DNA of 61,750 nucleotides, filler included, from Basidioascus undulatus (Eukaryota): the NCBI GenBank assembly GCA_000826855.1. It is 7 parts of 7 records of this genome, joined end to end, with 100 filler letters (N's around TTAATTAATTAA, not from the genome) between each part and the next. Parts side by side here need not be neighbours in the genome. Positions count along the whole stretch, not along the records: positions 1 to 8,759 come from JTLS01001341.1; positions 8,860 to 17,612 come from JTLS01001342.1; 5 more parts are not named here. One strand, 5' to 3'. This document shows, in pieces, positions 1-12,145 of this stretch (positions within the stretch are counted from its first letter, which is position 1; each line of letters begins with the position of its first letter). The position numbers and the translations under genes are program-made. Under the pieces are notes generated by a model. The model did no database searches. It was not told where the DNA came from and saw only the letters and a list, made by a program, of their open reading frames with translations.

Positions 1-711
1 CATGTTTACTTTGGAGCGATTGAAAGCACGTACGTGGTGAGAAGTACCGGCCTTCGAGCGATAATCGGGATGGTTGCTGGGGCGCGAGCGGGAAGAGGCC
101 GAGGGCACAAGCGGAGGGGCCATCTCGCGGGAGGCCGACTATAGGTGGTTGGGTCAGCGTCGGCGCGAGGAGGGCGGATGGCGTGCATGTAATAGCTTAC
201 CTGTTGATTCTGGCGAGAAGGGCGCGAGTAGGACCGCGAGGCGGCAGGACAGGACGAGCCCTTGTTGCGCTGGAGTTCATCCGCCGAGGCACTCACTCAG
301 TGACTCGCTCACCCAGCCCGTCCAGCTCGCCTAAACATAACGACAGCGTACCTGCCACTCCGACCTGGACGCATAGCATTTCTTCCTCAGTTCCTCCTCC
401 AAGCGCAGCTGGGCAGCGCGAGCGTCCTGGGCCTCCTTCCTGGACTGGGGGACCTCGCCCTCCTCAGGCTCCTCCGAGAGCCGCAGCTTCTTGGACGGGC
501 TCGGCGCGTCCTCAAAGCACAGGCACGGTGGGGCGGGAGGGTCCCATTCTGAATCGAAGCTGATGACGGAGCGGGCGTCGTCGTCCGAGGTGGGCGGCGT
601 GGGCAGCGTCCTTTGCGACGCGGAGGGGGCCGCGGGGGCGGGCGAGGCGGTGCGCCCGGGGGCAAGGTCGTCGCCCTCGTCCCAGTCGAGCTCGTCCCCC
701 GAAGTTGACAT
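1..711 (-). CDS. Hypothetical multi-exon protein, runs off the window start
   Basis: ATG at 711 opens MSTSGDELDWDEGDD...RSEWQ, followed by a GTACGC donor. Further GT..AG-bounded exons follow (RNKGSS...QNQQ; SASREM...HPDYRSKA). No recognised domain. Confidence 0.5.
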
Positions 712-1538
712 TCTGTGACAGTGTTTGTTGTTTTGGATGAACGCTGGCGTGCGTAGCGCCCTTCAGGATGCGGTATCCAATGCTCGAAAGAGGATGGAGA
801 CGCACGATTGGCGGGCGGGGAACCGGAACCTATAGCAGCATCCAACCTCTAGCTGTGTCGGCGCTGGTCTTTTGGGTACAGCACCAGCAGTTGGGCTGGA
901 AATGCGATTGGGGGGGAGGGCAGGAGGTGCGGACGGTGGTGGTAGCGGTTGAAGGGCAGGAAGCAGGAGAGGGTGAGTGACGAGTCGCATGCGGCGTTGT
1001 GTCGCGGCGAATGTTCCGCTTCGCATAGCCTTCCCTTTCTCCAAATAACACAATCACTCTTGAGACTTTTCTTATTATACTTCTTTTTATTTCATCAAAG
1101 GGAGTACCGCTGGTGATCAGACCTGCATACGAATCGCAGCGTCGCTCGAAAGCGCGCACAATGAAAGGGCCTTGGGTGTTAGGTTGACAGTCGACATGCA
1201 GTCTGCTTCCGACCAAGAACACGACAATTTACCAAAATTTACGCAGAAATGGCTGCTTTGGACTTTTCCTCGCCAGCTGCTGTATATTCACTCAGAGAGA
1301 AAACAACCCAACCCAAGAACGTCGTCCGGGTGTTGTTGTATAATTGGCGGTTTGAACTCGAGGCGTGGAGAAAGCATAGACATCCGCGAAAGGTTCCGCC
1401 GAATACGAAATAAAAATCAGACGCGTCATCCTCAGAGGCGGTCTTCCTTCCCTTTACTTTCACCACATTCATCGACAGCTCGCGTACTCACCGCGAGACT
1501 ATTTACAATTTAATATCTACTAGACATCGCATCGAACC

Positions 1539-2859
1539 ATGTCTGATCCTTCGATCGAACCCATCGAGCCTTCGTCTCCCGTACCCCCTGCGGAGGTCCG
1601 TATTCCGCCTTTCGAGCCCATCGCGCGACGTTGAGTCCTTCGACACCCACAACGCTCATCCTGGCCTTCTCCTCAAAGATCCTCACGCAGGATTCTCCAA
1701 ATCCCTCTAGCGACTCACCTGCTCCAGAATCCCCCGTCCCCGTGCCCCAGTCCGTGCAGCCCAACGCCCCGACCGCCCATGAGCTCGAGGCTTTCGCCGT
1801 GCCCTCCCTCCCGGCGCCGGCAATGCACTACATCCCCAACTTCATCACGCCCGCCGAGGAGGCGTACCTCCTCCGCAAGATCGACGATAGCCCCAAGGCG
1901 TCGTGGAAGGTTCTGCAGAAGCGGCGGTGCGTGGGATCTTTCTTTATCGCAGGACGAGGGGCGGAAGCTGACTTTGGGGTGGGCGAAGGAAGGGTACAAA
2001 ACTACGGTGCGCTGATAAACAGCAAGTTGAATTGCTCGAGACCTAGACGCTGAGGTCCTTTGAGTCGAGCAGGCGGCGAGGTCACGCCCTCGAACCACCT
2101 CATTCCCTCGCCCCTTCCGTCCTTCCTGACCGACTTGTGCGCCTTCCTCCTCCCATTCATCCGATCCCGCCCCCGACTTCCAATCCAATGTTGAATCTAG
2201 TCTCCCCCCTCCCCCTCAAACCCCTCACAGTCCCCACCTCGTTACGCGCATAGCCGCCACAGGCGCGTTCGCCTCGACCAAGCACCAGCGGCCGAACTAC
2301 GTGCTTGTGAACGAGTACCTCCCAGGGGAGGGGATCATGGTGCGCTATTCATTCTATCACTCTGCCCTACGGATACGTAGCTGATAGATGGTGCTCGGGC
2401 GGTGCTCCAGCCGCACACAGACGGGCCGGCGTACGCGCCAGTCGTCGCGACCCTCTCGCTCGGGTGCGCACTGTTACCTCCCACCCCTTCTTCCACCCTC
2501 CCTCACCCCCCCACACAAACAGCTCCCACGCCCTGATGGACCTGCACCCCCCCTCCTCGCCCTCCTCCCCGCCCACGCACTCCCTCCTCCTCGAGCCGCG
2601 CTCCCTAATCCTCACCTCCTCGACCATCTACTCCACACACCTGCATGCCATCCCTGCGGCAACGCATGACCGCATCGCCTCCCCCCCCGGGCAGATCGCC
2701 AACGCGCCCCTGCTCGTGGAGGAGCGGTATAGGCGCTTTGTGGAGGAGGGGGGCGTGCTTGCGAGAGGGAGGAGGGTGAGCCTTGGATTTCGGGACGTGG
2801 AGAAGGTCGCGGGGAAGGGAGTTGGGAAGGCACTGGGGGGGCTGATGAGCAAGAAGTGA
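1539..2859 (+). CDS. ALKBH6: AlkB-family 2OG-Fe(II) dioxygenase, ALKBH6-like
   Basis: Spliced motifs [53 protein letters not shown] (HxD), LLLEPRSL, HLHAI (distal His) and RGRRVSLGFRDV (RxxxxxR). Stop at 2857-2859. Confidence 0.85.
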
Positions 2860-3032
2860 AGGTGTTGATGAAGGAGCATGCGGTGGGATGCAGATAATGG
2901 TTTTGGACTGGCACCGGCTGCTCCTTGACTTGCGCTCAGATGCATTTACTTCCCTATGAGATACAAAGAAAGATCGGCAGGTGTGCGGGCCATCTATCAG
3001 ACCGAGCGAAAGTAACAAGCAAAGGCAAAAGC

Positions 3033-3104
3033 TTCCCTGTCCGGGAATCCAACCCGGGGCTAGGCGCTGAGAACAACCGATGTTAGCCACTGCACCAACG
3101 AGGA
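3033..3104 (-). tRNA. Degenerate tRNA-Glu(CTC), possible pseudogene
   Basis: Minus strand TCCTCGTTGGTGCAGTGGCTAACATCGGTTGTTCTCAGCGCCTAGCCCCGGGTTGGATTCCCGGACAGGGAA folds as a 72-nt cloverleaf with A-box, CTC anticodon and downstream TTTT. It has TTG instead of TTC in the T-loop and mismatches in the acceptor and anticodon stems. Confidence 0.7.
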
Positions 3105-4536
3105 GATGATCGCAGCCACCAAAGCACTAAGAAAAGTCAACTCAAGACAGTTTCACAAGAGTCGGCCCTCCTTTGACTACTCATGTACACAGGGGTGGTT
3201 CTTAGCACTTTAGTATCTCCCTTGTACAGGCGTACAGTGAAGCTCAGCTGGCCGTCCCTCAGGTTCTGCCGCAGCCGAAGCTGTCACCCATGTTTCACAA
3301 TATACCAGGGAGGGTGGAGGACTCCAAACACAGTGGTAAGTTAAACACAATTTCTAGCCTTCTCGCGACCAGCTGCAATAACGCAACAATCATGTCCGAC
3401 CACGCATGTACAGACTTTCCACGGCCCTCCAATGCGACAAACAAAGAGGCCCGACCAACGGCAATGATCAGGCAGAACACTGCCAATCGAAAACTGCAGC
3501 TCGATGACGCACTGCGAATGCTGACACGCCCTACGAACTTTTGCGGGCGACGTCAGCCGTGTAGCATGGCAACATTCTCACAGGAGCAAAAGCGCACCAC
3601 GGCAACAATACCCTGGATCCAAAGCTACGCAGACCAACTCCCACGGCACACAACCGACGCACACGGCAGATTTACCTGACAGACACGGCGCATTGCCGTT
3701 CCACACGGCCAGGATCTTCTGCTCGACTGGCCAGCTTGCTTTTGGAAAATTGGGGTCTGTCCGCGCTGGTATATTGCCGTAAACCCCGCGACAAGACACG
3801 GCAGAGAGCTCCAAAAAGTTCATAGGGCAGCACGCATTTTTGGTTCTGGCGGCTTCTTCTCGAAGCGCCCTGCATTTCACCGGCAGGCCCCTTTCACCGG
3901 CATGCTCCGCTTCACCCCTTGTAGCGCCGTATACGCCCGGTACACAATACCGGGAAGTGTTCGCCCAACGTCATCGCGTCAAGTCGCACGTCCACGCGAA
4001 GCTGCAATATATTGGCAGTGATCGCCATCGAGCATATCCGAGCTGTGTATCCCGGAACGTTTTTCTGCACCACCGTGCTGTTCAGCGCACGTGAAGCAAT
4101 ATACAACAATGTTTTATGCTAAATGTTTTACCGGATGTAGCGGTAGGCATGTCCCGCGCCGTATTATGCGTGGCCTGATGACAAAAGAGGCGAAGGAAGA
4201 TGCTCGAAGCACGGGAATCTTCAACCATCTTCGCTGTCGCCTTCCGCTCCGACCGGTCGCGCTCGCGAGGCCGTCGCCATTGATCGCGAAGGATGCTCGA
4301 GAGTCGTGAGGTGGGGTGGCGATATTTCATGTGTGCTCTTTATGCGCTCTCTCCTCTCCCACACTTCTCTGATCCACACCTAACTTCATCCACGAAACTC
4401 ACTGAGCGCACTTGAAACGCCATGCCTCCGCGCTTGTTCGCCCGCTCTGCACTCGCTATGCAGCACTCAGCCGCTCCATCAAATTCAGCTCGGACCCAAT
4501 CGTCTCGTCGCTGGGAGCAGGAAAAGGCGTTCGGGA

Positions 4537-6196
4537 ATGGGGTCAAGGTGCGCCTCAGCTCTGAAAGTTTGTTCCTCTGCGCTCACCGCTCCCCTGTAGA
4601 CTACTCAACCCCGCCCGCAGTCCAAGTCTTGGACTGTCGGCCGTGCTAGATCTCGTTGGGTTTCTCATGAGTCGCAAGTTTATCAAGAGCCCGTAAGTCA
4701 TTTGGCACGTGTGGTCAGCGGCGCAATGAACGTCGGGCTCAAAAGTCGCATCGCTTGCAGTCCCCTAACTTCGTTCAGCTGGCTGCGCTTGGAAGGCGCT
4801 CGTCGCCGTCTTCATGCGGAGAATGTGAGTAGAAGAGAACTCTCGGAATGCCACTACAAATGCTCATGTGAACTCTTTGCATCTTCAGGCCACTCGACCA
4901 GCTGTACAAACAACTTCCACCACCACATCGGCTCCGTCGCACCCTTCACGCAAGTCAATTTTGCCATTTTACCTCAGCCATTTGTTACTTACCCACCTCC
5001 CTTTTGCAGTCCTCCATCCTCGGAAGGTTCAGCGTCTCCTCCCCTCTCCGCCACCAAGTCCTCCCCTCTCGAGTCCACTCCGGATGTTCCGCGCCACCGC
5101 GTCCTCACGCTCCTGCAGTACCTCGGCACGCCCATCGGATGCTTCTCCATTCAGCACGTCAGCGAGCTGGAGAGCATTCCCGGCCTGGACCTCGAGACCG
5201 GCATGAGTCAAGTCGCGTTCATGCCCGTCTGGGTCGACGTACCCGACGACCGCGTCTGGACGGCCGTGGACGCGTGCAAGGCGGGGTTGAGGCTGCCGAA
5301 GGGTGGGGTGGGTAACAAGGCGTGGTTGCTGAAAGTGAGCCTTGCTATATGTCAATAATTGTCAACTGAAGATTACTGACCCTTTAACTTTGACAGGGCC
5401 ACCTGGAGAAGGTGGGACGGGCGGACATCGCTGTCGAGCATTGGTACGAGCTGCTGGACTGGCTGTGTCCCGAGTGTCAGTTCATGGTACGCAACTTTAC
5501 CAACAGTTTTCAAACTCTTATTCAAAGCTGACTTGGATGACTCTGCAGAACTGGGCCTGCAACTCCTCCTGCCGCGAGTGCAAGAATCGCCTTTCCTCTC
5601 CTCCCTCGTCGTCCTCCGAGCAGCAGCCGAAGCTGCAACCGATCCGGCTCAACGCGCGCACCGCGCTGTGCGCCGACCTGCTCGAGGCGCGCGCGCACGC
5701 ACAGCCCGTGCTAGTCCTGTCCGGATCTGACAAGCAGGCTCCGCGGGGCGCTGCGAGCCGACGCAGTGCGGAGGCCGACAAGACACGCCTACCCGTCTTC
5801 CCTGTCGGCATGCCCCAGGCGCCCACCCCTTCGACCATTCTCCCCCTTCCATCTACTCTCCCCCTCACTCCCCCGGCGACGCCTCCTGCACCCTCGCTGC
5901 AACTTCGCTCGAGCTTCTCCTCATGCGCGTCCCACACTTTCCTCGGCGACTCGTCTGACGACGAAGTGGTCATTGCGCCCCGCCGCAGACGCGAGCACCT
6001 TCCTCCTCCTATCGCCCCTCCTAGTCACCCCGAGTCGGCAGCAGACCATGCTGCAGCCCCGTTCATGGCTCCTTCCCCTTCTGGACCCCAGGGACTTTCC
6101 CGACTCTTTTCACCCCCTCAGGCTGAAGCTCGGTTCGACGCCATGCTCTACAATGCCATTCACACTCCTCCCACACTGCCCCCCTCTTGCTTCTAG
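4537..6196 (+). CDS. RanBP2-type zinc-finger protein with Pro/Ser-rich tail (start uncertain, 4537 or 4667)
   Basis: Splicing GT..AG exons gives ...GHLEKVGRADIAVEHWYELLDWLCPECQFM|NWACNSSCRECK, matching W-x-C-x2-C-x3-N-x6-C-x2-C. Stop at 6194-6196. Confidence 0.65.
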
Positions 6197-6874
6197 AGCA
6201 ATCCTCTTCTCGTCTATGCTGTTTCATTGTCTCGGGACACTTCCCGTGCTCCGTTCTTCTGCGGGATGCAGGTTGTACTTATCATCAAAGTTGCCATGCC
6301 CAATTGGGACTTTCCCACTTTCCCTTAGGCCTTGGCAGATGTACTTGAAGGGCTGCTTTCGAATGCTCGCGACTGCAGTTTGAGACGTCTTCGCGTTAGT
6401 CTCAAAGCAGTTTAACCCTCAAAAGGGCGCGAAATATTTAATCCTGATTGCCCAAGCACTTGCATTGCGGTTTTAGAAAGCCAAAGCTACGTGCACACCT
6501 TGTGCATACCGCTGCGACGCCGGTGCGGAATCCCTCAACCTCTCAAGGCTCCTTCATCCGCACGCCCTCGACCCGCCCCCGTCCGTCAATTCTACGGGAG
6601 AACAAGCAACGCCAGATAACTTCCGGATGCAGCATCCCATACACGTATGGGTATGGGTGATGCATCCGGGCAGTGTAGGGCACGGCAGGGCAAGTAAGCG
6701 GACGAGGGCGACGATAAGAAGTAGAAAGATCACAACGGAAGAAAGGAGAAAGCAAAGAAAAGTCAATGCCAATAAGTTCCGGGTATGTCGAAGAATCAAA
6801 GTCCGTAACTTTAAGCACACAACAAAGTCCTAATCCTCCTCCCTCCCATCCTCCTCTCCCCATTCCGCCGCCGT

Positions 6875-8759
6875 TTACCGACCCCACCACCCCCCGGGGT
6901 AATACGGTTCCGGCTCGGACATCGCAGCAGGCGCAGGGATATGGTCCGGCTCGTGGGCGCGGTGCTCCCCGTTCTCGAGGTCGAGAGAGTCCCGCTCGCG
7001 GCGGCTCCCGACGCTCCCGATTGTGGAGAGCTTGCGCACGAGCTTGCCGTTTGACATACGGACGTCTGCGGGTGCGTGGACGCCAGAGGTAAGCCGGAGG
7101 AAAGGTGGTATGGGTAGGGACGGGAAGGGGAAGGAAGGGGGGCGAGGAAGACGCACAGATCAGATCCTTCGGCGGCGGGGGCGGGAGCGGCTCGGGGGAG
7201 TCCGGATGCGCGTCGGCGTACGGCTCCGCATCGGGGTGCTCGTCGGGCAAGGGGGCGCGGGAGTGGTTGTGGTACGACGATGCCGTGGCGTGCCGCTCTG
7301 CCGCGGGGGCGGGCACGGCGGAGGAGGAAGAGCCCCAGCTGGAGAGCCAGTTGAGGAGGCCGCCTCCCCCTTCCTGCTCCTGCTCCGGCGACGGGGGTGT
7401 GCGCGGCAGCGTGCGATCGAGGTTAGGCGCGTCGTCGTTGTGCTCCTCGTCGAGAAGCGGGGTGCCCGCGCCTTTTTCCAACTCGCGGTCCTTCTCCTTC
7501 TCGGCGGCAGTAGCAGTGGAGGCGGAGGGAGACACCAGAGTGGCGTCCGAGGAGTGTGGTTCGGAGGGTGCGGCGGGAGGGGCGAGGCTGACGATCGCCG
7601 CCTGGCCCGAGTCGAGGAGCGCGCGGATCTCGGGCGGCGGGGAGGCGTCGCGCGGGAGGAAGGACGACGAATGGGAGAGGAGGGAGGTGAAGTGCGTTGT
7701 GGCGTGGATGAATATCGCCTGGGGGGGTAGCGAGTTCAGTCAGCGGCCGGGGCAAAGGGGGGACGGGTAAGAAAAGAAGGAAGGAGTGGGAGGAGAGGGG
7801 GACGGACCATGACGATGATAGTCACTACCAGCCGAACAGCGCTTGCGATCAAAAGTGGGCGAACGCGTCCATCGCCCGGGCACCTTCCGCTCCTCTCCCC
7901 CCAAACGACATCCACATCCACCTCACACCTCCCCACCAATCTCCGTTCCCGCACCAGCTCGCTCGGCGGCGTCGGGTCGCGCCACAGGACAGCAACGACG
8001 AGGTTGACGACTGCGACAGAGATGTGCAGCGCGAGCGCCGCGCCCTGGAGGGAGGTGTTGAGCGGCGAGTACCAGCTGCGGCGGTGTGCTAGGCGGAGGT
8101 AGGGGATGTTTAGGGTGGTGAGAAGAAGGGCGAGGAGCGTGAGGATGAGCAGTGCTAGGGAGAGGGAGTGGCGGACGGGGTCGAGGCGGAACTCTGGGGG
8201 AGACGTTGGGTGAGAGAAGTTGGATGAGCGGATCTGGCATTCTTGGGCGGGGACGGAAGGGAAGACGCACTGTAGTACGCGATCCCGTATCGGACAACGC
8301 AATAGACCGCCCACACCTAATTTCCATCTCACACCCATAAGCCTCGAATGAGAGAAACATACCACGCGGAAGGGAACGAACCTCAACAACAAGCGTGACC
8401 ACCCCCGCCCAGATCCTCCACTTCCCGACCCCCCTCCTTACCGCGCCCTTCCGCATCCTCCGCAACTCATGGACGACCGCCTCCCTCGCCGGCCCGGCGA
8501 TACCCACTCCCTTTGCCTCCCTCTCCCTGTCCCCCTCCTCCCCAGCCGCCCTGTCTTCCGCGCCCTCTCCTCCCCCTCCACCTTCTTGGTGAGAGTGCGC
8601 GGGGTGATTGGGGTGCAACGCGAGCACCCCGCCCGCATGCTCGTGCGCGTCGAGGGAGTCGGGGTCGTAAGGCAGGAGGGCGGAGAATGGGAGGGTCTCG
8701 TGTGGTTGTGGTTGGGTTGGGGGCGGGGAGGAGGAGGGAAGGGAGGGAATTGAGGGGTC
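6875..8759 (-). CDS. Hypothetical multi-pass membrane protein, 5'-truncated by contig end
   Basis: Several hydrophobic segments (WRIWAGVVTLVVE; SLSLALLILTLLALLL; AALALHISVAVVNLVVAVLW; LLIASAVRLVVTIIVM) and a Cys pair (GRCEVDVDVVW..GRC) in GT-AG exons, then a low-complexity tail ending YYPGGWWGR*. Confidence 0.55.
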
Positions 8760-8859
8760 NNNNNNNNNNNNNNNNNNNNNNNNNNNNNNNNNNNNNNNNN
8801 NNNTTAATTAATTAANNNNNNNNNNNNNNNNNNNNNNNNNNNNNNNNNNNNNNNNNNNN
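8760..8859. other. Artificial contig spacer
   Basis: N44-TTAATTAATTAA-N44; the 12-mer puts stops in all six frames. Confidence 0.97.
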
Positions 8860-10636
8860 CAGCCCTGTTGCTACAGCGGCCCTGTAGATACTTCCTCCCC
8901 TCACCCCCCTCCCTCCCCCACCGAGCAGACTGTTTCCAGCGCGTCCTCTCCGCGCTCCTCCTCCTCCCCCTCTGGGCGCTCTACTACTCCCTCTTCCCCC
9001 GCCCGCGGCCTTCCTGGTCCCTCTCCCAAACGCTACTCATCCGCTTCACCCGGCGCGTAAACAAGATGACCGAAGTCGCGAATCTGTGCTTCGCGACACG
9101 GGACCCCAAGTCGGAGCCCGACCCTCGCTCTCTCAAGGAAACGCAGTTTCGGTGGGTGCCCGCGCTGAGAGATGGGCTAAGGACGGGCGTGGTGAACGAC
9201 GTGGATGTTAAGCGCATGCATCCGGTGGGGGTGTACGTTTGGCCCAAGTGGGCCCCGCCGCCCAGGACGAAGGCGGACGATTTGGAGCGCGTGGAGGAGG
9301 CGCAGGAGGAGGAGGAGGGGGGTCTAGTCGGGCTATACTTCCATGGAGGGGGATACGCACATATGAGCGCACACGAAACTTCCCAGACGAGTGGTGCGTC
9401 GTCTCTTTTCCTCTCTCTCCCCGCGAGAACCCTGCCCCTTAGTCCCTTGCCCTCCCCAACAGCCATCCCCCGCCGCCTCGTCCGGTCGCGCCTCTTCCGA
9501 GAAATCCACTGTCCGTCTTTCTCTCCCCCTCCTCCTCTCCTCTCCGATCTCTCTCCTCTTTCCCCCTATTCTCCCCTTTCCTCCTTTTCCCTTTCCTTGC
9601 TTCCCATTTCCACCTTCTCCCCCCTTCTCTCTCCTATCCCTCAATCCTTCTTACCCTCTTTTTTGCTCTCCAACAGCCGTCGAGTACCGCCTCATATCCT
9701 CCGCGCCCTTCCCGGGCGCGCTCCAAGACGCGGCAGCGGTGTACGCTTCCCTAGTCGAGGTGCAGCGCGTGCCGCCCCACCGGATCGTCCTCATCGGCGA
9801 CTCCGCGGGGGGGAACCTCGCCCTCGCCCTGGCGCGCTGGGTGCGCGACGAGGGGAGGCTGGGGATGATGGGCGGGCTGCTGCTACTGTCTGTGGGACCC
9901 CTCTCTCTTCCCTCCGCTACTTCCCTTTGCTTTCTCGGAGCTGATCAACGAACGATATAAAATACAGCCATGGTGTGATCCCTGTACGTCCTCTTTTGCC
10001 TCCTCTCTTCCCTCCTCTTCCTTTTCTCCCCATCTCCCCTAATCTCTTCCCCTCCTTCCCCTCCTTCTCCCCTTTCCCCTCACTCTGACCCCCGCGCCCT
10101 ACAGCCCACTCATTCCCCTACACCCCCTCCTCGCACATCCCGCGGCCAAACTACAAGACGGACTACCTCGTCGACACGCCCGCGCCGCGCTCGCTGCTCG
10201 TGCACCGCCTGCTGGGCAAGCACCGCACGGCGGACTTTGTGCACTCGCCTTATATCTCGCCCGCTTCCCCTAGACTCTCTCAGCAGGTTGGGCGTGCGTG
10301 GTTTCTCTTTCCCCTCCCCTTTCCCTTCTCCCTTCTCCTTCCCCTTCCTTCTTCTCCTTCCTCCTTTCGCTCTTTCCATTCGCTCACGCCCACCCCAACC
10401 TAACAGTGCACCGCTCCCTACCCCGCACATTCATCTCCCTCGGCACCGCCGAGCGCCTCGAAGCCGAGATCGAAGCGCTCATTTTCGCGCTCGAGCGAGA
10501 CGCGGTCCCGCTCACGGTGCACCGCGCGCCCGACGCGCCGCACGACCCGCTCATTCTTCGCTTCTGGGATAAGAAGGTGTCGGAGGATATTTGGAAGACG
10601 GTAGGGGAGTGGTTGGAGGGTGAGATGAGCGCTTGA
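8860..10636 (+). CDS. Alpha/beta hydrolase, GDXG/HSL lipase-esterase family, 5'-truncated
   Basis: LYFHGGGY (oxyanion motif), VEYRL, FPGALQDAAAVY, IGDSAGGNLA (nucleophile elbow), LLLS|PWCD, GTAE and APHD. N-terminal hydrophobic segment and CT-rich introns. Confidence 0.9.
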
Positions 10637-10892
10637 TTGCTCCGGAGAGATAATGACTTTGATGCACGACCTTTACGGTTTATGTGGTATGAGTGTCACC
10701 TTGCCTTCATCATTGGAAATGGCTATGCGCGTGGCACAGGGGTCAATAGCGGTCCCACGGTGAGTATTTCTCGGTGTGGAGGGAAGTACAATGCAAGCCA
10801 GAGGTGACGAAAAAGACACTCTAGAGAACGCAGCTGGACAGCCCATCCGGGGCATCCCTCCGGGCAACGATCGAACGCAGTTGCCGGACACG

Positions 10893-11380
10893 CCTGCGGG
10901 GAGGGTGGATGGAAGTTAGGCCTCCGGAGAGCATCTCTGGTGGAGCATTTCCAGGTAACGGGTAAGCCCAGAGGAAGAGGATATAGGGAGCCAACGAGCG
11001 ATCCGAAGGACGTTGCAGGCGCTACGGCCAGGAGTGTAAACTACTTGGATTGGTAGCCCGTGCGGTCCGGAGAACGCACGATTGCCATACGGGGGCGGCG
11101 AGTACAAGTTTCAACAAGCGTCCTAGAGACCCAAGCATCTCGCGCAAAGAGGTTCTTGAATGGGCTTACGTGGGCGGCGACTTGCGAGAAGGGTAGTCTG
11201 CGGAGAGGGTAGTGAGCTACGGCACGGGTGTTTAGTAGCGACTCCGTGGAGCTGATCGTGTCGGTAGGATCCTCATAAAAAAAGAGAGAGGATATTGGGT
11301 TGTTGTTTTTGTGGGGAAAGGAGAAGGAGAGTCACGAAGGCCGGCAAGTGAGCGAGTGGCGAGAGTGGGTGCGGGTGCTG
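10893..11380 (-). ncRNA. Candidate structured non-coding element, copy X (homologous to 55290-56310)
   Basis: Shares collinear islands with copy Y, including an identical 28-mer at 11053-11080. Several C(YNCG)G hairpins on the minus strand. No convincing ORF. Strand is inferred from the tetraloops and splice-like signals. Confidence 0.45.
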
Positions 11381-12145
11381 GACGACTGGAATGTGCGGAA
11401 CGCTTAGCTTGGACTGAGACTGAGAACGAGGCGCAGTGTTTGTAAAGAGTCGAGTACGTCAAAATTTTAACGAGTAGATAAGATGGTTGCCTGTCATAGT
11501 AACTCTCTGAGAAAACAACCTGCGCTGTCGGTACGAGACACGGAGGCCCCAAGGCCGTCACCCTGTCGCGGCTCAGACCTTCAAAGCCCTTTCTGGAAGA
11601 CCTCCCTGTCTTCCTCTTGTGTGGATATGGCGCTTTTGGATCCGATTGACTACGATCATTGGAATGTGATCGATAAAGGCAGTCCGTCGTGTGTGAATCC
11701 CTCGGAAACGTCCGCACCTCCCAGAGCCATTTTCAGACCAGAAAATACACTACTGTAACTAGTGGGGGAGAGGAAAGCAGACAAAGATTTAAGCATGTAT
11801 GTACTCAAGGTAAGAAACTAACCGTTGATACCCACTATGTAGTGACCTTTGTGAAGTTCTGACTTCGAAGGACGGCTGTCCTAATATCACGAACTCCTCT
11901 CCTCGCATTGTCAGGCTCCCTGCAGAGCCACATTCGCCTCCTTTACTTGATCCACCTGGAAATGAATCGACCGCATACGATTAGATCGGCTGAAGCGAAC
12001 AGGCTGGAGAGCCTTTCAAAACGCGATGCGAACAAAGCTCATGTCTGCAGCACAACCGTCCACATTAAACTCACTCAGAAGACACCGAGCAGCCATGTCC
12101 TTTCCGAGCATAGATAGTTGGAGTTCTAATCCAGATCTTTCCGCC

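Noticed and set aside
3290..4330. Short ORFs downstream of the degenerate tRNA
   Set aside because: No coherent splice model or recognisable domain.
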